IMG/VR virus record: IMGVR_UViG_3300042090_002405
Span: 1 to 64,000 of that record
Origin: a virus
DNA length: 64,000 bases
Reading direction: 5' to 3' (one strand)
A program made the translations under genes and the position numbers. The notes under the pieces were generated by a model, which saw only the letters and a program-made list of their open reading frames with translations, was not told where the DNA came from and ran no database searches. This document shows, piece after piece, positions 17,201 through 26,251 of the stretch (positions within the stretch are counted from its first letter, which is position 1; every line of letters begins with the position of its first letter).

Positions 17201-17861
17201 TCCACGCATCCGCCCGCAGTACAAACGCCGGGTGGACAGTCGGGAACACCACCCTCTCTTTTAGATCTTGCCGCGCACGGAGGGTTTGTACCCTCAGTTC
17301 GGCTTCCCGGATTGCCCCCTTGTCTTTCTGCCGTTCGGCCTTCCGCAGTCCGCTTTCGGCCGTCTTGATGTTCGAGGAGAGATCGCGGCATCGCCATACG
17401 AAGCCCCGTACAAGCAAGATGCTCTTCGTCCCGAGCACGCTCTTGGCGGCCTGCTTGCCTAAAGGGACGATCGGGGTACCCGGATCGAGAGAAGAGAGCT
17501 CCCGCGCGAGCCGTGGGGCACAGCATTCCGCCGCTCGGTCGGCCTCCTTGTCGGTGTCCCCGCGGCACAGGGCCGCATTGGTCGCGAAGACGTCCCATCG
17601 CGAGATCCCGACGTCCGAAAGGGTGTCATCTAAAAGGGACCCGGATTGCCCGATGAAGCCGGTCTTGAAGACTTCCTCTTTTCGGCCAGGCCCCTCACCC
17701 ACTACGATCAGCTTCGGGGCACGTCCCGACCGGGGGGGTTCGTAGGGGACGACGGGGTTACCCCGTAGGGGGCAGAGGTCGCAGCGCGCGCCGTGTTTGA
17801 CGGGGTCGTATGACGAGACGTCACGGGGGGTGTGCCCGTCCCATGGGGAGAGGGCGAACAT
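14289..17861 (-). CDS. polA: Family A DNA polymerase with N-terminal family-4 uracil-DNA glycosylase domain, 3'-5' exonuclease and intein
   Basis: UDG: CDLCPL, GEGPG, TNAALC, HPAF; Exo I-III: DIET, HNGYNFD, YNSCD; Pol: SGRWS, DL/SQAEAR, RDVAKNAGFAVAY, NRPIQG, YHD. Confidence 0.93.
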   Translation of the reverse strand: MFALSPWDGHTPRDVSSYDPVKHGARCDLCPLRGNPVVPYEPPRSGRAPKLIVVGEGPGRKEEVFKTGFIGQSGSLLDDTLSDVGISRWDVFATNAALCRGDTDKEADRAAECCAPRLARELSSLDPGTPIVPLGKQAAKSVLGTKSILLVRGFVWRCRDLSSNIKTAESGLRKAERQKDKGAIREAELRVQTLRARQDLKERVVFPTVHPAFVLRADAWTPILKLDLDRARRWADGELKDEDLEDRIERVDTLEEFRTRERVYLATDDAATLAAALAVLDETVSCDIETESVDPLSPLLVKILCVGVGDTKRVVVFGPWREEIHAGVLTKALASRKTVFHNGYNFDALALGRDGAAVDPARMEDTLIAHHAFAGHMPQRLDHVVSVFLDARPWKVRFGRRQATEKGLPPQDMTSDDLHFYNSCDVILTARVWHAMQNDLRDETKVYAHDKATALLCEQIQETGFRVDRKRKRLLSKLLKRRAAALKGRLRSISGVPDLSPGRLGEIRRILFTRLRAPMLNPTGTGLASTSNATLEELKKGRGKAAKFADALLRWRVVGKIRSTYIEAVKVHKDDRAHFNWKSFGAVSGRWSCRMQSVPRWSTALEERVREMYVAAPNHDLYYFDLCFTGDTLIDGPTGAKPIRTLAVGDLVYTYRASTRRPAIGKITQHLHVGRKPILKVTLDNGEVVRCTPEHKWIVLPRVETRPHKKGPWPCGGPTDRLARDLQPGDRLLPLRKQIVGGRERLYAHDAFTYSRTHVEVAATVYGPRPTGHDVHHKNEDSSDNVPSNLEYKHAAEHQADHGRVQARRQWADPKVRAKMTRALRRATAEGKTAHYGAANGRYNPAQICALCGAHKTTSLAKFCSRKCYGLARTKTRQPCAICGRQPTRPTALFCARKCKKVGAEQGLNHKVVSIEPDGCADVWSIAVAPDHNYALAAGVFVRNSQAEARMAANLSGDPAFLNTCKGDVHVGNALVLFPDAREMIERDPKGKHCLRHGAGGSSGAACNCGKPYRDVAKNAGFAVAYLAEVPTVFAYLRAQGFDVELGDVEEMLSSLKAAYKVYYAYVEANIAFVKKHGFLPSPLIGRKSWFGYAPKPTDVANRPIQGGIADVMNERLVLLSRQLPKTARVVGQYHDAAIIEGKKGDDRIVTLINALWEEPVRFPESQVCPEAREFFLPTETKRGRRWSEF
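15030..15983 (-). mobile_element. Intein (318 aa) with HNH endonuclease, inserted in PolA motif A
   Basis: Starts CFTGDTLI; block B CTPEHKW; VHHKNEDSSDNVPSNLE HNH; ends HNYALAAGVFVRN followed by Ser. Confidence 0.92.
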
Positions 17862-18052
17862 CAGTCGAGAAACCGCGGGCAGTTTCCACACGTGCACACC
17901 CCCCACCCGTCGGTATGGACCGCACGGGGGCACCCGCATCGCACCCTCGAACAGGTGTCGGCGTCGGTAGTGGCATCCCCGTCCTCATCGTCGATGAAGA
18001 TCAGCTCATCGTCGAGATCGTCGGCACCGTCAACATCGTCAACCGTAGTCAT
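17861..18052 (-). CDS. Small acidic, Cys-containing protein
   Basis: AAGGAG RBS; TGATG overlap with polymerase start. Confidence 0.55.
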   Translation of the reverse strand: MTTVDDVDGADDLDDELIFIDDEDGDATTDADTCSRVRCGCPRAVHTDGWGVCTCGNCPRFLD

Positions 18053-18322
18053 CGGTCGGCGCTCCTTCCCTCTGTCTTCTTCTTCTTCTTCTTCTTCTTT
18101 TGCCGTTTGCTGTTCCGTCGAAAGCGTCCGCCGAAGTCGTGCCCGACTGCGTCAGGAAGGGGGAGACCGACGTACGAAGAACCCACGTGGGGGTAGACAC
18201 GCGAGAGTTCGTTGCGGGCGCTCCTCGGCGGGCGCTTTCGACGGGGGAGGCTTGCGGACCTCCCCCATCCTTCTGCTGCACAAGATAAGAGATCCGGAGA
18301 TCCGGAGATCCGGATATTCCCG

Positions 18323-18931
18323 TCAGCGGCGGGCCTTACCTCCCTTCTGCACCTTGCGCGGCGCCTCTTCCTCTTCCTCCTCTTCCTCTTTGCTCTTGGT
18401 CACGAGGCCGGCACCTGGCTTCGCGAAGCGCACATCCGTATCCGTGAGCTCCTCGCCGCTCTCCGCGATGCGCTTGGAGTGCACGGTCCAGATCGTCAAT
18501 TTTTGCCCCTCGAGGGCATCGAAGAGCGGCCGGAAGTCCTCCTCGGATGTCACCTCGGTCGGGTAGACCTCGCCCATGTCGATGTCGAGTGCTGTGCACA
18601 ATGATCGGAGGCGTTGTTTCATCATGTTGGCGCCGCGACGCTTGGTCGCGTCCTCGTCGTCAAAGATAATGATCGACAAGGACACTTCGGAGCCCTGAAA
18701 GCTCTCGTTCTTCTCGTCCGCCGCCGTGAGCAGCTTGAAGGGTACGATAAGACGAGGATCGCCCTTCTGGGTGATCAGCATCTTGCACTTCCCCTTAGGG
18801 ATCTGTGCCTCCCACTCGCCCTCGGGGGCGTCGGGCTTGATCTCGGTGGATGTCTTTCGCGGCTTGAAGGCTAGTTTCTTCTCGCCGTTGCCGTGCCTGT
18901 TGGTTTCGTGCGTGCCGTTTGCCATTGTCAT
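18323..18931 (-). CDS. Putative single-stranded DNA-binding protein (DUF669-like)
   Basis: PEGEWEAQI beta pattern, acidic tail, position downstream of AAA_24 ATPase. Confidence 0.55.
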   Translation of the reverse strand: MTMANGTHETNRHGNGEKKLAFKPRKTSTEIKPDAPEGEWEAQIPKGKCKMLITQKGDPRLIVPFKLLTAADEKNESFQGSEVSLSIIIFDDEDATKRRGANMMKQRLRSLCTALDIDMGEVYPTEVTSEEDFRPLFDALEGQKLTIWTVHSKRIAESGEELTDTDVRFAKPGAGLVTKSKEEEEEEEEAPRKVQKGGKARR

Positions 18932-19048
18932 GGTCTCTTTCTTCTCTTCTCGGGTGTGCTGGATCCGGTGAGGCGTCCGGATCGGACGTGCGCTGTCAAC
19001 ACTTCGAGCCGCACCGCGCGGTCCGAAGTCGTGCCTCTACGTTCTTTC

Positions 19049-19852
19049 TTACGAGGACGAAGAGGAGGACGTCCGCGCAGAGCCGTTCGGTTTCTCCTTC
19101 CGCTCGCGAGGCGCGGGGGAGCTCATCGCCTTCATGAATTCGCCGAAGTCGGCCGGGATGTCCCTCGTCCCGTCTACGCTCCTGCAACCCGGCCCCCACA
19201 CGCCCTGAGGGTTGATCTTGAAGACGCGCTCATCCCCACGCGCGGCCTTCTCCATAAAGATGACATCCTTGAAGAGGGCGGGGAGTTCCTCTCTTGCGCT
19301 GCCCCCGATCATCGGAACGATGCCAATCCCCGACTTCGGGCGTTGCGTCACGCCGGTCTCCGGATCGGTGATCTCGCCGGACTGTTCGATAAAGTGGGTG
19401 ATAAAAACGGCGTGGGCGTTGATGTCCAAGGACCGCCGGACGATGTTGAGGAGCCGCGACTTGTACTCCGGCCAGTAGCGTCGGCCATCCGGTTGCTTGC
19501 TCTTGTTGGCGACGGCGGAAGCATCGCGCAACGCGCCCTCTAGCCACGAGGCGTAGAGAGAAAAGTCATCGTTGACGATCCACTTGTACTTGCCCTCTTT
19601 GACGCCCCGTCGGGCCTCCTTGAGGGCGGTCTCCATGTCGTTCTCGTCACGGATGAGATCCCACTCGAATTTTTTTGTCCGACGAACGGCGGGCTCGAGG
19701 CCGCTCTTATCCCCACAGACGAGGACGTAACCCGGGCCGAAGGCACGGACGAGCGAGTCGATCGCCGTTGTTGTTTTCCCGCACTTCGCGGCGCCCATAA
19801 GGAGCACCCGAAGGTACGTCTCGCGCTCAAGCGCGGAAGCTGCATGCGGCAT
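19049..19852 (-). CDS. AAA_24 / Sak4-like NTPase
   Basis: LRVLLMGAAKCGKTT, WIVNDD, AVFITH. Confidence 0.8.
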   Translation of the reverse strand: MPHAASALERETYLRVLLMGAAKCGKTTTAIDSLVRAFGPGYVLVCGDKSGLEPAVRRTKKFEWDLIRDENDMETALKEARRGVKEGKYKWIVNDDFSLYASWLEGALRDASAVANKSKQPDGRRYWPEYKSRLLNIVRRSLDINAHAVFITHFIEQSGEITDPETGVTQRPKSGIGIVPMIGGSAREELPALFKDVIFMEKAARGDERVFKINPQGVWGPGCRSVDGTRDIPADFGEFMKAMSSPAPRERKEKPNGSARTSSSSSS

Positions 19853-20017
19853 TCTGATCCCCTTCTCCCGGCGCCGCGGGGAGTTCCCTTTGCTGTCTTT
19901 TTTTCCCGTCCCCTCTCGTATCTGCCGGCGTTGCGGGCAGCTCGTCACTCAAGCGGCGGGATGACCGTCCTACCTCTAGCGGTTCGCGCCCGCAAGAAGA
20001 AAAAAGACCGCCCCGCG

Positions 20018-20059
20018 AAAAGACAACGGCCCTCTCCGTGACGAGCGGAAGAGGGCCGT
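20018..20059 (-). terminator. Putative intrinsic terminator
   Basis: 10-bp perfect stem acggccctct/agagggccgt followed by TGTCTTTT on the minus strand, downstream of HNH gene. Confidence 0.45.
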
Positions 20060-20127
20060 CTGACACCCCCAAGGGCGTCGAAGCGCGGGCGGCGGGGAGC
20101 GGGCCGCGCACTCAAGGTGGTATCACA

Positions 20128-20742
20128 CTAAACCGCGTCGCGGTACGAAAAGAACTTGCCTTCTGCCCAAAACCCTTTCTTGAGCCAGAGGCACGACCCC
20201 GCAGTCGTCCGTCGAATGCTCTCCCGCAATTGCTTGTGCATTGCACGTGTTGCGCGCGTGGGTCGGCCCAGGCGGCGCCACTCTCGCCACGCGTGCCATG
20301 CAGCCCGGAGTACCTCGTTACGGTTGCCGCCTAAGGCGCGGAGCGCGGCGGCGAGCTCTCTGTAAGAAGAGGGCTCCTTGAGCAACGGTTTTTTGGCCTC
20401 ATCGTCGGCCAAATCACCGATCCAGTCCTCGCGCCCTCGCTGGTGCCGGAGGTACTCGACGAAGGAATACCTACATCCTGCTACAAAAGTGCAACCCTTG
20501 CCTTGGTTGCAAAGGAGACAGCAAGCGATGAGATTTGACCCCTCGTCGGATCCGCCGGCTGCGACAGGGAGAATGTGATCAACTACAAGCTTTGTCTCCG
20601 GAGACCCCGTAAAACAAGCCCCGCAGTAGCCACACGCGAAGCCGAAACGCGAGAGGACGCGAAAGCGCACAGAAGGCCGGATCGAGCGCCCAGGGGGCTG
20701 CCGTCTCCTTTTGGACGAGTGTACTTTGCATGTCGGCATCAC
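20128..20742 (-). CDS. HNH endonuclease with C-terminal YozE-SAM-like domain
   Basis: CGYCG...VDHILPVAAGG...NLIACCLLCNQGK; FVEYL...DWIGDLADD. Confidence 0.8.
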   Translation of the reverse strand: MMPTCKVHSSKRRRQPPGRSIRPSVRFRVLSRFGFACGYCGACFTGSPETKLVVDHILPVAAGGSDEGSNLIACCLLCNQGKGCTFVAGCRYSFVEYLRHQRGREDWIGDLADDEAKKPLLKEPSSYRELAAALRALGGNRNEVLRAAWHAWREWRRLGRPTRATRAMHKQLRESIRRTTAGSCLWLKKGFWAEGKFFSYRDAV

Positions 20743-22376
20743 GATCCCCCTTGTTTTGTCTTGCAGATCGCCTTGTCAATAGACATGACGTTGGAGACGT
20801 TGGAGACACTAGAGACACCTGGGTCCCTATTATCGGCAGATCTAGGAGTCGTATTTCTTTTCGAGGATGCCCTAGCGTTTTGGGCGGTTATCCCCCCCGA
20901 GGCGTCTCTAGTGTCTCTAGTGTCTCCTGAAGGAACAGGTGCGATCTTTCGCGTAAACCCGCGCCATCCCCTCTTTTTTTCTGGCCCAATGTTCGTGGCG
21001 CGCTGAAAGCCCATCTCGAGGAGACGCTCCGCGAGCGCGCGCTCCGAAAAATTGAAGAGATTATTTTTCTCGCACCAACCCTTCGAGGTGCGGAAAAGAT
21101 CCTCGTTCGTGATGGTGAGTTCAGAGCCGCGCGTCATGCGTTCCTCTACGAATTTCCCGACCCAATCCTCACTTTCGCGGTACTCGCGCGTCGCCTCCCG
21201 AACGGCCCCGGGAACGGGAAGTCCGGATTTCTGCCACAGGAGGCACCCGCGCACGCTCCACGCGAGGATGCCCTCAACTTCGCTCAGAAGTGTCTCCAGG
21301 AGGTTCCGATTCACTTTTTCGATGCGGACGGTGAAGGGCACCAGGGCGATCCGATCCCAGAAGCTATCCGACGTGTCTTTCACGCGGGGCTTGTGGTTCG
21401 TCGCGAGGATGATCTTGTGGGTCGGGTCGAACTCCCAGAAGTCTTCGCGCATACGCCGGGCTTTGAGGGTGTCGTTACCCGTAAGCCGCTTGACTTGCTC
21501 TTCGTCGAAAACCCGGCCCTTTTTCACTTCGCTTGCGATGGCGAGCCGCACCCCAAAGAGGTCCGCAACCTCGGTGGGATGCGCCTCGGTGTCTCGTGCC
21601 ATCAAGAGCGTCGGCGCCGCGGAGATCGCATAGGCCCCCAAGACTGTCTGTAGAACGCGCAGAAAGACGCTCTTGCCGTTCCGACCCCCACCGAAGAGGA
21701 CCACGAACATCCGCTCAGTGACGGCCCCCGTAAGGCAGTACCCGACGTAGCGCTGCAAGAACCCTCGTACCTCCTCGTCGGGCACGACCTCCTTTAGGAA
21801 CCGTTCCCACTTCGGCGCCTTCGCCTCAGCGCGAAAGTTGAAGGGGATGATCTGTGTGAGGAGGTTTCGCGGCGAGTGCTCTTTCAGCTTGCCGGTGCGT
21901 AGATCGATCGTCCCGTTCCGACAGTTGAGGAGCATCGGGTCACGGTTCAGCTTCGAGTGGTCGATCGCAACGTCGTCCTCTGCTTTGGCGAGGGCGATCA
22001 TCGCTTCGACCCGCGATCGTGCCCGAGAGCTCTTGTACCAGCGAAGGATCGCGGCCTTCTTCTTGTCGTCGACGACCTCCTTGGCGCTCTGACGAATGTG
22101 CAAAGCGGTCGCCTTCGCGAGGGCGATCATCTTGATGCTGCCGACGTCTTGCCGCCAGCGAGCCCCGTCCCACACGACGTACTCCCCCCACGCCGGGACA
22201 TAATGAAACTCGTTGTAGAAGAGGGCGGCTAGCCGCTCGGCGTTGCCTGTGTCTGTATGATCGTAAGAGCGGCTCACGATCCCTGCCCTCGCGCAGTCGT
22301 GACGGATCTCGTCTTGCCGCGTGTTTGGCCCTTCGGTGACGCCTTCGTCATAGGCTCCCCACCCGGCGCTTCTCAT
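20739..22376 (-). CDS. P4/D5-family SF3 helicase (primase domain absent)
   Basis: TDTGNAERL D5_N, LLNCRNGTIDL, Walker A GGGRNGKS, LAIASE, LATNHKP. Confidence 0.9.
   Translation of the reverse strand: MRSAGWGAYDEGVTEGPNTRQDEIRHDCARAGIVSRSYDHTDTGNAERLAALFYNEFHYVPAWGEYVVWDGARWRQDVGSIKMIALAKATALHIRQSAKEVVDDKKKAAILRWYKSSRARSRVEAMIALAKAEDDVAIDHSKLNRDPMLLNCRNGTIDLRTGKLKEHSPRNLLTQIIPFNFRAEAKAPKWERFLKEVVPDEEVRGFLQRYVGYCLTGAVTERMFVVLFGGGRNGKSVFLRVLQTVLGAYAISAAPTLLMARDTEAHPTEVADLFGVRLAIASEVKKGRVFDEEQVKRLTGNDTLKARRMREDFWEFDPTHKIILATNHKPRVKDTSDSFWDRIALVPFTVRIEKVNRNLLETLLSEVEGILAWSVRGCLLWQKSGLPVPGAVREATREYRESEDWVGKFVEERMTRGSELTITNEDLFRTSKGWCEKNNLFNFSERALAERLLEMGFQRATNIGPEKKRGWRGFTRKIAPVPSGDTRDTRDASGGITAQNARASSKRNTTPRSADNRDPGVSSVSNVSNVMSIDKAICKTKQGGS
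20787..20926. repeat. Inverted arrays of 9-bp repeats, putative replication origin
   Basis: gacgttgga-gacgttgga-gacactaga-gacac ... gcgtctcta-gtgtctcta-gtgtctc around a spacer of about 80 bp. Confidence 0.7.
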
Positions 22377-22496
22377 ATATTAGAACTTGCGCGAGGGACC
22401 CCGGGTCTACTATATGGACATCCCCTCAAGCAACCTCAAATCACCGAACCGCATCACGCACCGTACGACGCGCCGCAGCAAGCCAAGGAGCACCCG

Positions 22497-22733
22497 ATGA
22501 ACTACGTCAATTTCTCGCTCCACTTCCCGGATGCCGCGGTCCTTAGAGAGATCAAGAGGGCGGCCAAAGCGCGGGGCATCTCGCCGGGGATGTTTATCCG
22601 TTTGTCCGCTGAACGGTGCCTCGCGCAGAACGCCGTTTTTCGCGCAGAGTCCGACGAGAAAGAGAAAGAGAAGAAGAAAGAGGAGGAGAAGGAGAAAGAA
22701 AAGAGGAAGCGCCCGGCGAAGAGGGCCGCTTGA
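22497..22733 (+). CDS. RHH-like regulator with charged tail
   Basis: AAGGAG RBS; NFSLHFPD...IKRAAKARGISPGMFI. Confidence 0.7.
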   Translation: MNYVNFSLHFPDAAVLREIKRAAKARGISPGMFIRLSAERCLAQNAVFRAESDEKEKEKKKEEEKEKEKRKRPAKRAA

Positions 22734-22734
22734 C

Positions 22735-23940
22735 ATGAACGATGCGAGGAGAACGCTGCAACCGTCCGCCTCCAAGACGGGGCTCCTACTAGAGTGCGCG
22801 TACCCGTTCGATAAGATCATCGCCACCACCGGCCCGGGTGACCGCGAGTCCGCCGACTATGGGCTCGCGTTCCACGAGCTCATCGCGTGGAGCATCGAGA
22901 ACGACTGGGCATCACCCTCAACGAGAAGAATCGCCGAGACGGCGGCGCGGTGGGGCCTCGACGACAGCGCCAAAGACGAGGAGTTGGCCCCGCACATCGC
23001 CGAAGCCGCGGGGATCCTCCGACGGTGGCTCGCGGGCGCGAACCCCTTCAAGATCAACTTTCTAGAGGGAAAGACCCACACGGAGATCTCGTACGCGCTC
23101 GGCCCTAGGGGGGCGCGTCGGATCGCCCCGCCGACCGTGGACGAGCACATCTACGAGGACCTTCGGTCGGGGGAAATAGCGGGCACGGCTGATCTCATGA
23201 TCGAACCCGCAAGGAGAAGTACGCCGTGGCTCGTGCTCGACCACAAGACGGGACAGTCCGATTTCTCCGAGCCCCTGAAGATCCCCCAGCTCTTGACGCT
23301 CGCGGCGTGCGTCGAAGCGAGAAACGTGATCGTGGCCGTCTTGCATGCCCGGCGTCGGGGCATGACGGCCGTCTACGGCGACCACGTCCCCAAGGAGATG
23401 TTGACGGAACACTGCCGGAAGGTGTTTGGACAGCTCGCCCGGATCGGCGACGGCAGCATGCGGCCGGGCACTTGGTGTCTCTCCGAGAGATGCCCAGCCG
23501 CGGCCGCCGGGGTATGCCCCGCGCGAGATGCGGAGCTCCTCGAGAAGGCCGGACATGTTCTCACGGGCCTCGTGGAATGGGTCGATCCTGACAAATCGTC
23601 GATGGAGCGGCGAGTGTTCGGCTCCTCGCGGATGACGCGCCCCCAAAAGTTGGGAATGCTATACACCGTCGTCCAGCAAGCTGAAAAGCTCGCCGTGGCC
23701 GCGAGAAGAGAGATCCGTACCGAGGTCGCCGCCGGGGCACTTCCGGAGCTCCCCTCGGCCAGCGGCGGGGGCTATCTCACGATCAGAAAGTACGAGCGCG
23801 AGACATTGTCAAAAGCATCCTACGTGCGCGCGTACGGCGCCGCGGCGGCAGAGCGCGCCTTTCAGAAATTACGGCGGGACGGAGCCATCGAGACGACAAC
23901 GGTAGAAGCGCTGCACATAGAAAAGGAGCGGGGATCATGA
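22735..23940 (+). CDS. PD-(D/E)xK nuclease (RecB/Cas4-like)
   Basis: GLAFHE, E...GTADL...LDHKTG...Q motif, conserved Cys residues. Confidence 0.8.
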   Translation: MNDARRTLQPSASKTGLLLECAYPFDKIIATTGPGDRESADYGLAFHELIAWSIENDWASPSTRRIAETAARWGLDDSAKDEELAPHIAEAAGILRRWLAGANPFKINFLEGKTHTEISYALGPRGARRIAPPTVDEHIYEDLRSGEIAGTADLMIEPARRSTPWLVLDHKTGQSDFSEPLKIPQLLTLAACVEARNVIVAVLHARRRGMTAVYGDHVPKEMLTEHCRKVFGQLARIGDGSMRPGTWCLSERCPAAAAGVCPARDAELLEKAGHVLTGLVEWVDPDKSSMERRVFGSSRMTRPQKLGMLYTVVQQAEKLAVAARREIRTEVAAGALPELPSASGGGYLTIRKYERETLSKASYVRAYGAAAAERAFQKLRRDGAIETTTVEALHIEKERGS

Positions 23941-24434
23941 CGACAAAAACGAAAATGATAGACGACAACGATCGACGGTACGACGCACGCAAGGAAGATG
24001 GCCCACCCCCCGCGCCCGCGCCGATCAAGAGGACGATCGCCGTTCGCCCGGCGCACAGCATGAAGGTCGTCTACGTCGCACACCCCCTCGGTGGCGGGCC
24101 CGGCCGCGAAGACAACCGCCGCGCCGCCGCGAAGTGGGTCGGAGAGATCGGCAAATTGGGGGTTGCCCCCGTGGCGGACTGGATCATCCTCTCGGGGCAG
24201 TGGCCCGAAGAAGACGGCGGGAGGGAGCTCGGCCTACGGATCGACCGAGCTTTGATTGAACGCTGTGACGAGATCTGGCTCGTCGGGCCCCGTATCTCGC
24301 CGGGCATGACGATCGAGGCCGAACACGCCCGCACATGGGGAAAGCCCGTGCGCGACCTCACGGAGTGCGCGACGATCGAAGAGGTAAAAGACCTCCTCCG
24401 ACAGGCCTCTAGAGAGGAGATCGTCTCCTCGTGA
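23937..24434 (+). CDS. Nucleoside deoxyribosyltransferase-like (DUF4406-type) protein
   Basis: VYVAHPL...LIERCDEIWL...SPGMTIE. Confidence 0.7.
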   Translation: MTTKTKMIDDNDRRYDARKEDGPPPAPAPIKRTIAVRPAHSMKVVYVAHPLGGGPGREDNRRAAAKWVGEIGKLGVAPVADWIILSGQWPEEDGGRELGLRIDRALIERCDEIWLVGPRISPGMTIEAEHARTWGKPVRDLTECATIEEVKDLLRQASREEIVSS

Positions 24435-26251
24435 AGGTCGTAGCAGTCGGCGATGGGATCTACGCCTTTCGGTGTTCGTACTTCTCTCGTGCGCTCGTTG
24501 ATCACGCGAAGATGGTGCCGGGGATGCGCTTCGATGGCCCCTCGCGCGAGTGGAGAGGGTACGCCGACGCGTGCGCAGCTTTGGCGGCGCGCCTCCGACA
24601 CGCCGGGCTAAAGTTGGACACGGACGATCTCCCCAGGCCGGACGCTTGGCGGACGGCGCCTACACCCTTCTTGTTCGCGACAAATGGACTCCGCGACTAT
24701 CAAGTCGAGGGCGTGCGCTTTTTGATCGCGCGGAGCACGCAGGGGGCACTCCTCGCCGACGGGATGCGGCTCGGAAAATCGCTGGAGGCGATTGTTGCCG
24801 CCCGCGCGATCAAGCAGAAGACGCTCGTTATCTGTCAATCACACGTCGTCGGGGTGTGGGGCCGTGATCCCGAAAGCCCCGTCGGGCCCGGTGAGATCGC
24901 GAAGTGGTGGCCCGACGCGTGGCTCTCCGGAGCCCTTCGGGGTGCCCCCGAGACGGGGGATGCGCCGGGGGTCGTCGTGCTTGAGGGCGTCCGTCCCGTT
25001 CCGAAGATGTGGCTGGCAGAGCACTCCTCCGCGGCGGTCGTCGTGGTCTCCTACGACATCGTCTACGCATGGACGGAGATCCTGAAAGAGTGGGATTTCA
25101 AGACTTTGATCATCGACGAAGGACACTGCATCTCGAACCACAAATCCCGGCGCAGCACGGCGATCGAAGAGCTCGCGGCGCACGCGAAAAGAAAGATGGT
25201 TCTCACGGGCACCCCGATGACGAACCGGCCCAGGGATCTGTTCAACGTGCTGGAAACGCTCGCCCCCGGCCGGTTCGGATGGTTCTTCACGCACGAAAGG
25301 CCCGACGGATCCGTTGGCGGATCCTTCTCGCGGCTGTTCTGCGACGCGAAGCAAAAGACGATCGGGAAGGGGCCCGAAGCCAGATCGGTTTGGGACTTCT
25401 CCGGCTCTAGTAATCTGGACCCGGAAGGGATCGGGGGCTTGGCGATTGCCCCCGAAGAGAGCCTTCGTTCTCGATTGGCGTATCTGATGCTTCGGCGCGT
25501 AAAGTCCGAAGTCGATTCTCAGCTTCCGCCGAAGACTCGCCAGGTCATCGACGTTCGTATCCCGGCCACCAAGATGGTCACGATAACGGGATCGATGATG
25601 TCCGATCGTGGGGCCCTTCGCAGGGCTCTAGATCTGTCGGCGGACGGGAAGATAAAGGCCGTTGTCGATCTTCTTCGTACGCACGTCGAGGAGGGCGAAA
25701 AGGTCATCTGCTTTTGCTACCGGCGACTCTTCGCCGAAACTCTCGCAAAGGAGCTCAAGAAGAAGGGCGCTTCGGCGGAGTACGTGCACGGCGGGTTGGT
25801 CCAACGTCAGAGAGACGAGCGAATCTTGCTCTGCCGCAAGAGCCCCGAACCGTGCGTGCTCTGCGCGACCATCGACACAACCTCGACGGGTATCGATCTA
25901 TCCTTCTCGTCAGTTGCAGTGTTCGCTGAACTCTCTTGGGAGCCGCACGAACTCGTGCAAGCCGAGGAAAGGATCTATCGTTTCGGCTCTTCGGAGAAAC
26001 CCCTCGTGCAGTACATCATCGCGAAGGGTACGGGCGACGAGCTCATCGTCCGTGCGGTAGTCAATAAGCTGGATGACTTCGAGAAGGCCATCGGGAAGAC
26101 TGGGGATCGGATGAAGGAAGATCTCTCGGGTGGGCTCCGCGGCGAGGCCGCTTTGCGGCGGCTGGCGGGAGCCCTCGCAGAGATGCAACAGGCAGCGCCC
26201 CCGAAAGGGAGAGCCGGCAAGAAAAGAAAGAGCGCGGGAGTCGAGCGATGA
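24431..26251 (+). CDS. SNF2-family helicase
   Basis: LRDYQVEG, LADGMRLGKS, IIDEGH, LTGTP, GIDL, QAEERIYRFG. Confidence 0.92.
   Translation: MKVVAVGDGIYAFRCSYFSRALVDHAKMVPGMRFDGPSREWRGYADACAALAARLRHAGLKLDTDDLPRPDAWRTAPTPFLFATNGLRDYQVEGVRFLIARSTQGALLADGMRLGKSLEAIVAARAIKQKTLVICQSHVVGVWGRDPESPVGPGEIAKWWPDAWLSGALRGAPETGDAPGVVVLEGVRPVPKMWLAEHSSAAVVVVSYDIVYAWTEILKEWDFKTLIIDEGHCISNHKSRRSTAIEELAAHAKRKMVLTGTPMTNRPRDLFNVLETLAPGRFGWFFTHERPDGSVGGSFSRLFCDAKQKTIGKGPEARSVWDFSGSSNLDPEGIGGLAIAPEESLRSRLAYLMLRRVKSEVDSQLPPKTRQVIDVRIPATKMVTITGSMMSDRGALRRALDLSADGKIKAVVDLLRTHVEEGEKVICFCYRRLFAETLAKELKKKGASAEYVHGGLVQRQRDERILLCRKSPEPCVLCATIDTTSTGIDLSFSSVAVFAELSWEPHELVQAEERIYRFGSSEKPLVQYIIAKGTGDELIVRAVVNKLDDFEKAIGKTGDRMKEDLSGGLRGEAALRRLAGALAEMQQAAPPKGRAGKKRKSAGVER

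Noticed and set aside
18039-18281. (TTC)n tract at about 18075-18099 and the ORF spanning it, as a phase-variation switch
   Set aside because: A triplet repeat does not shift frame, and the coding frame is unclear.
22735-23940. Cas4-like nuclease as evidence of a CRISPR system
   Set aside because: No array or other cas genes; such nucleases are routine in phage replication modules.
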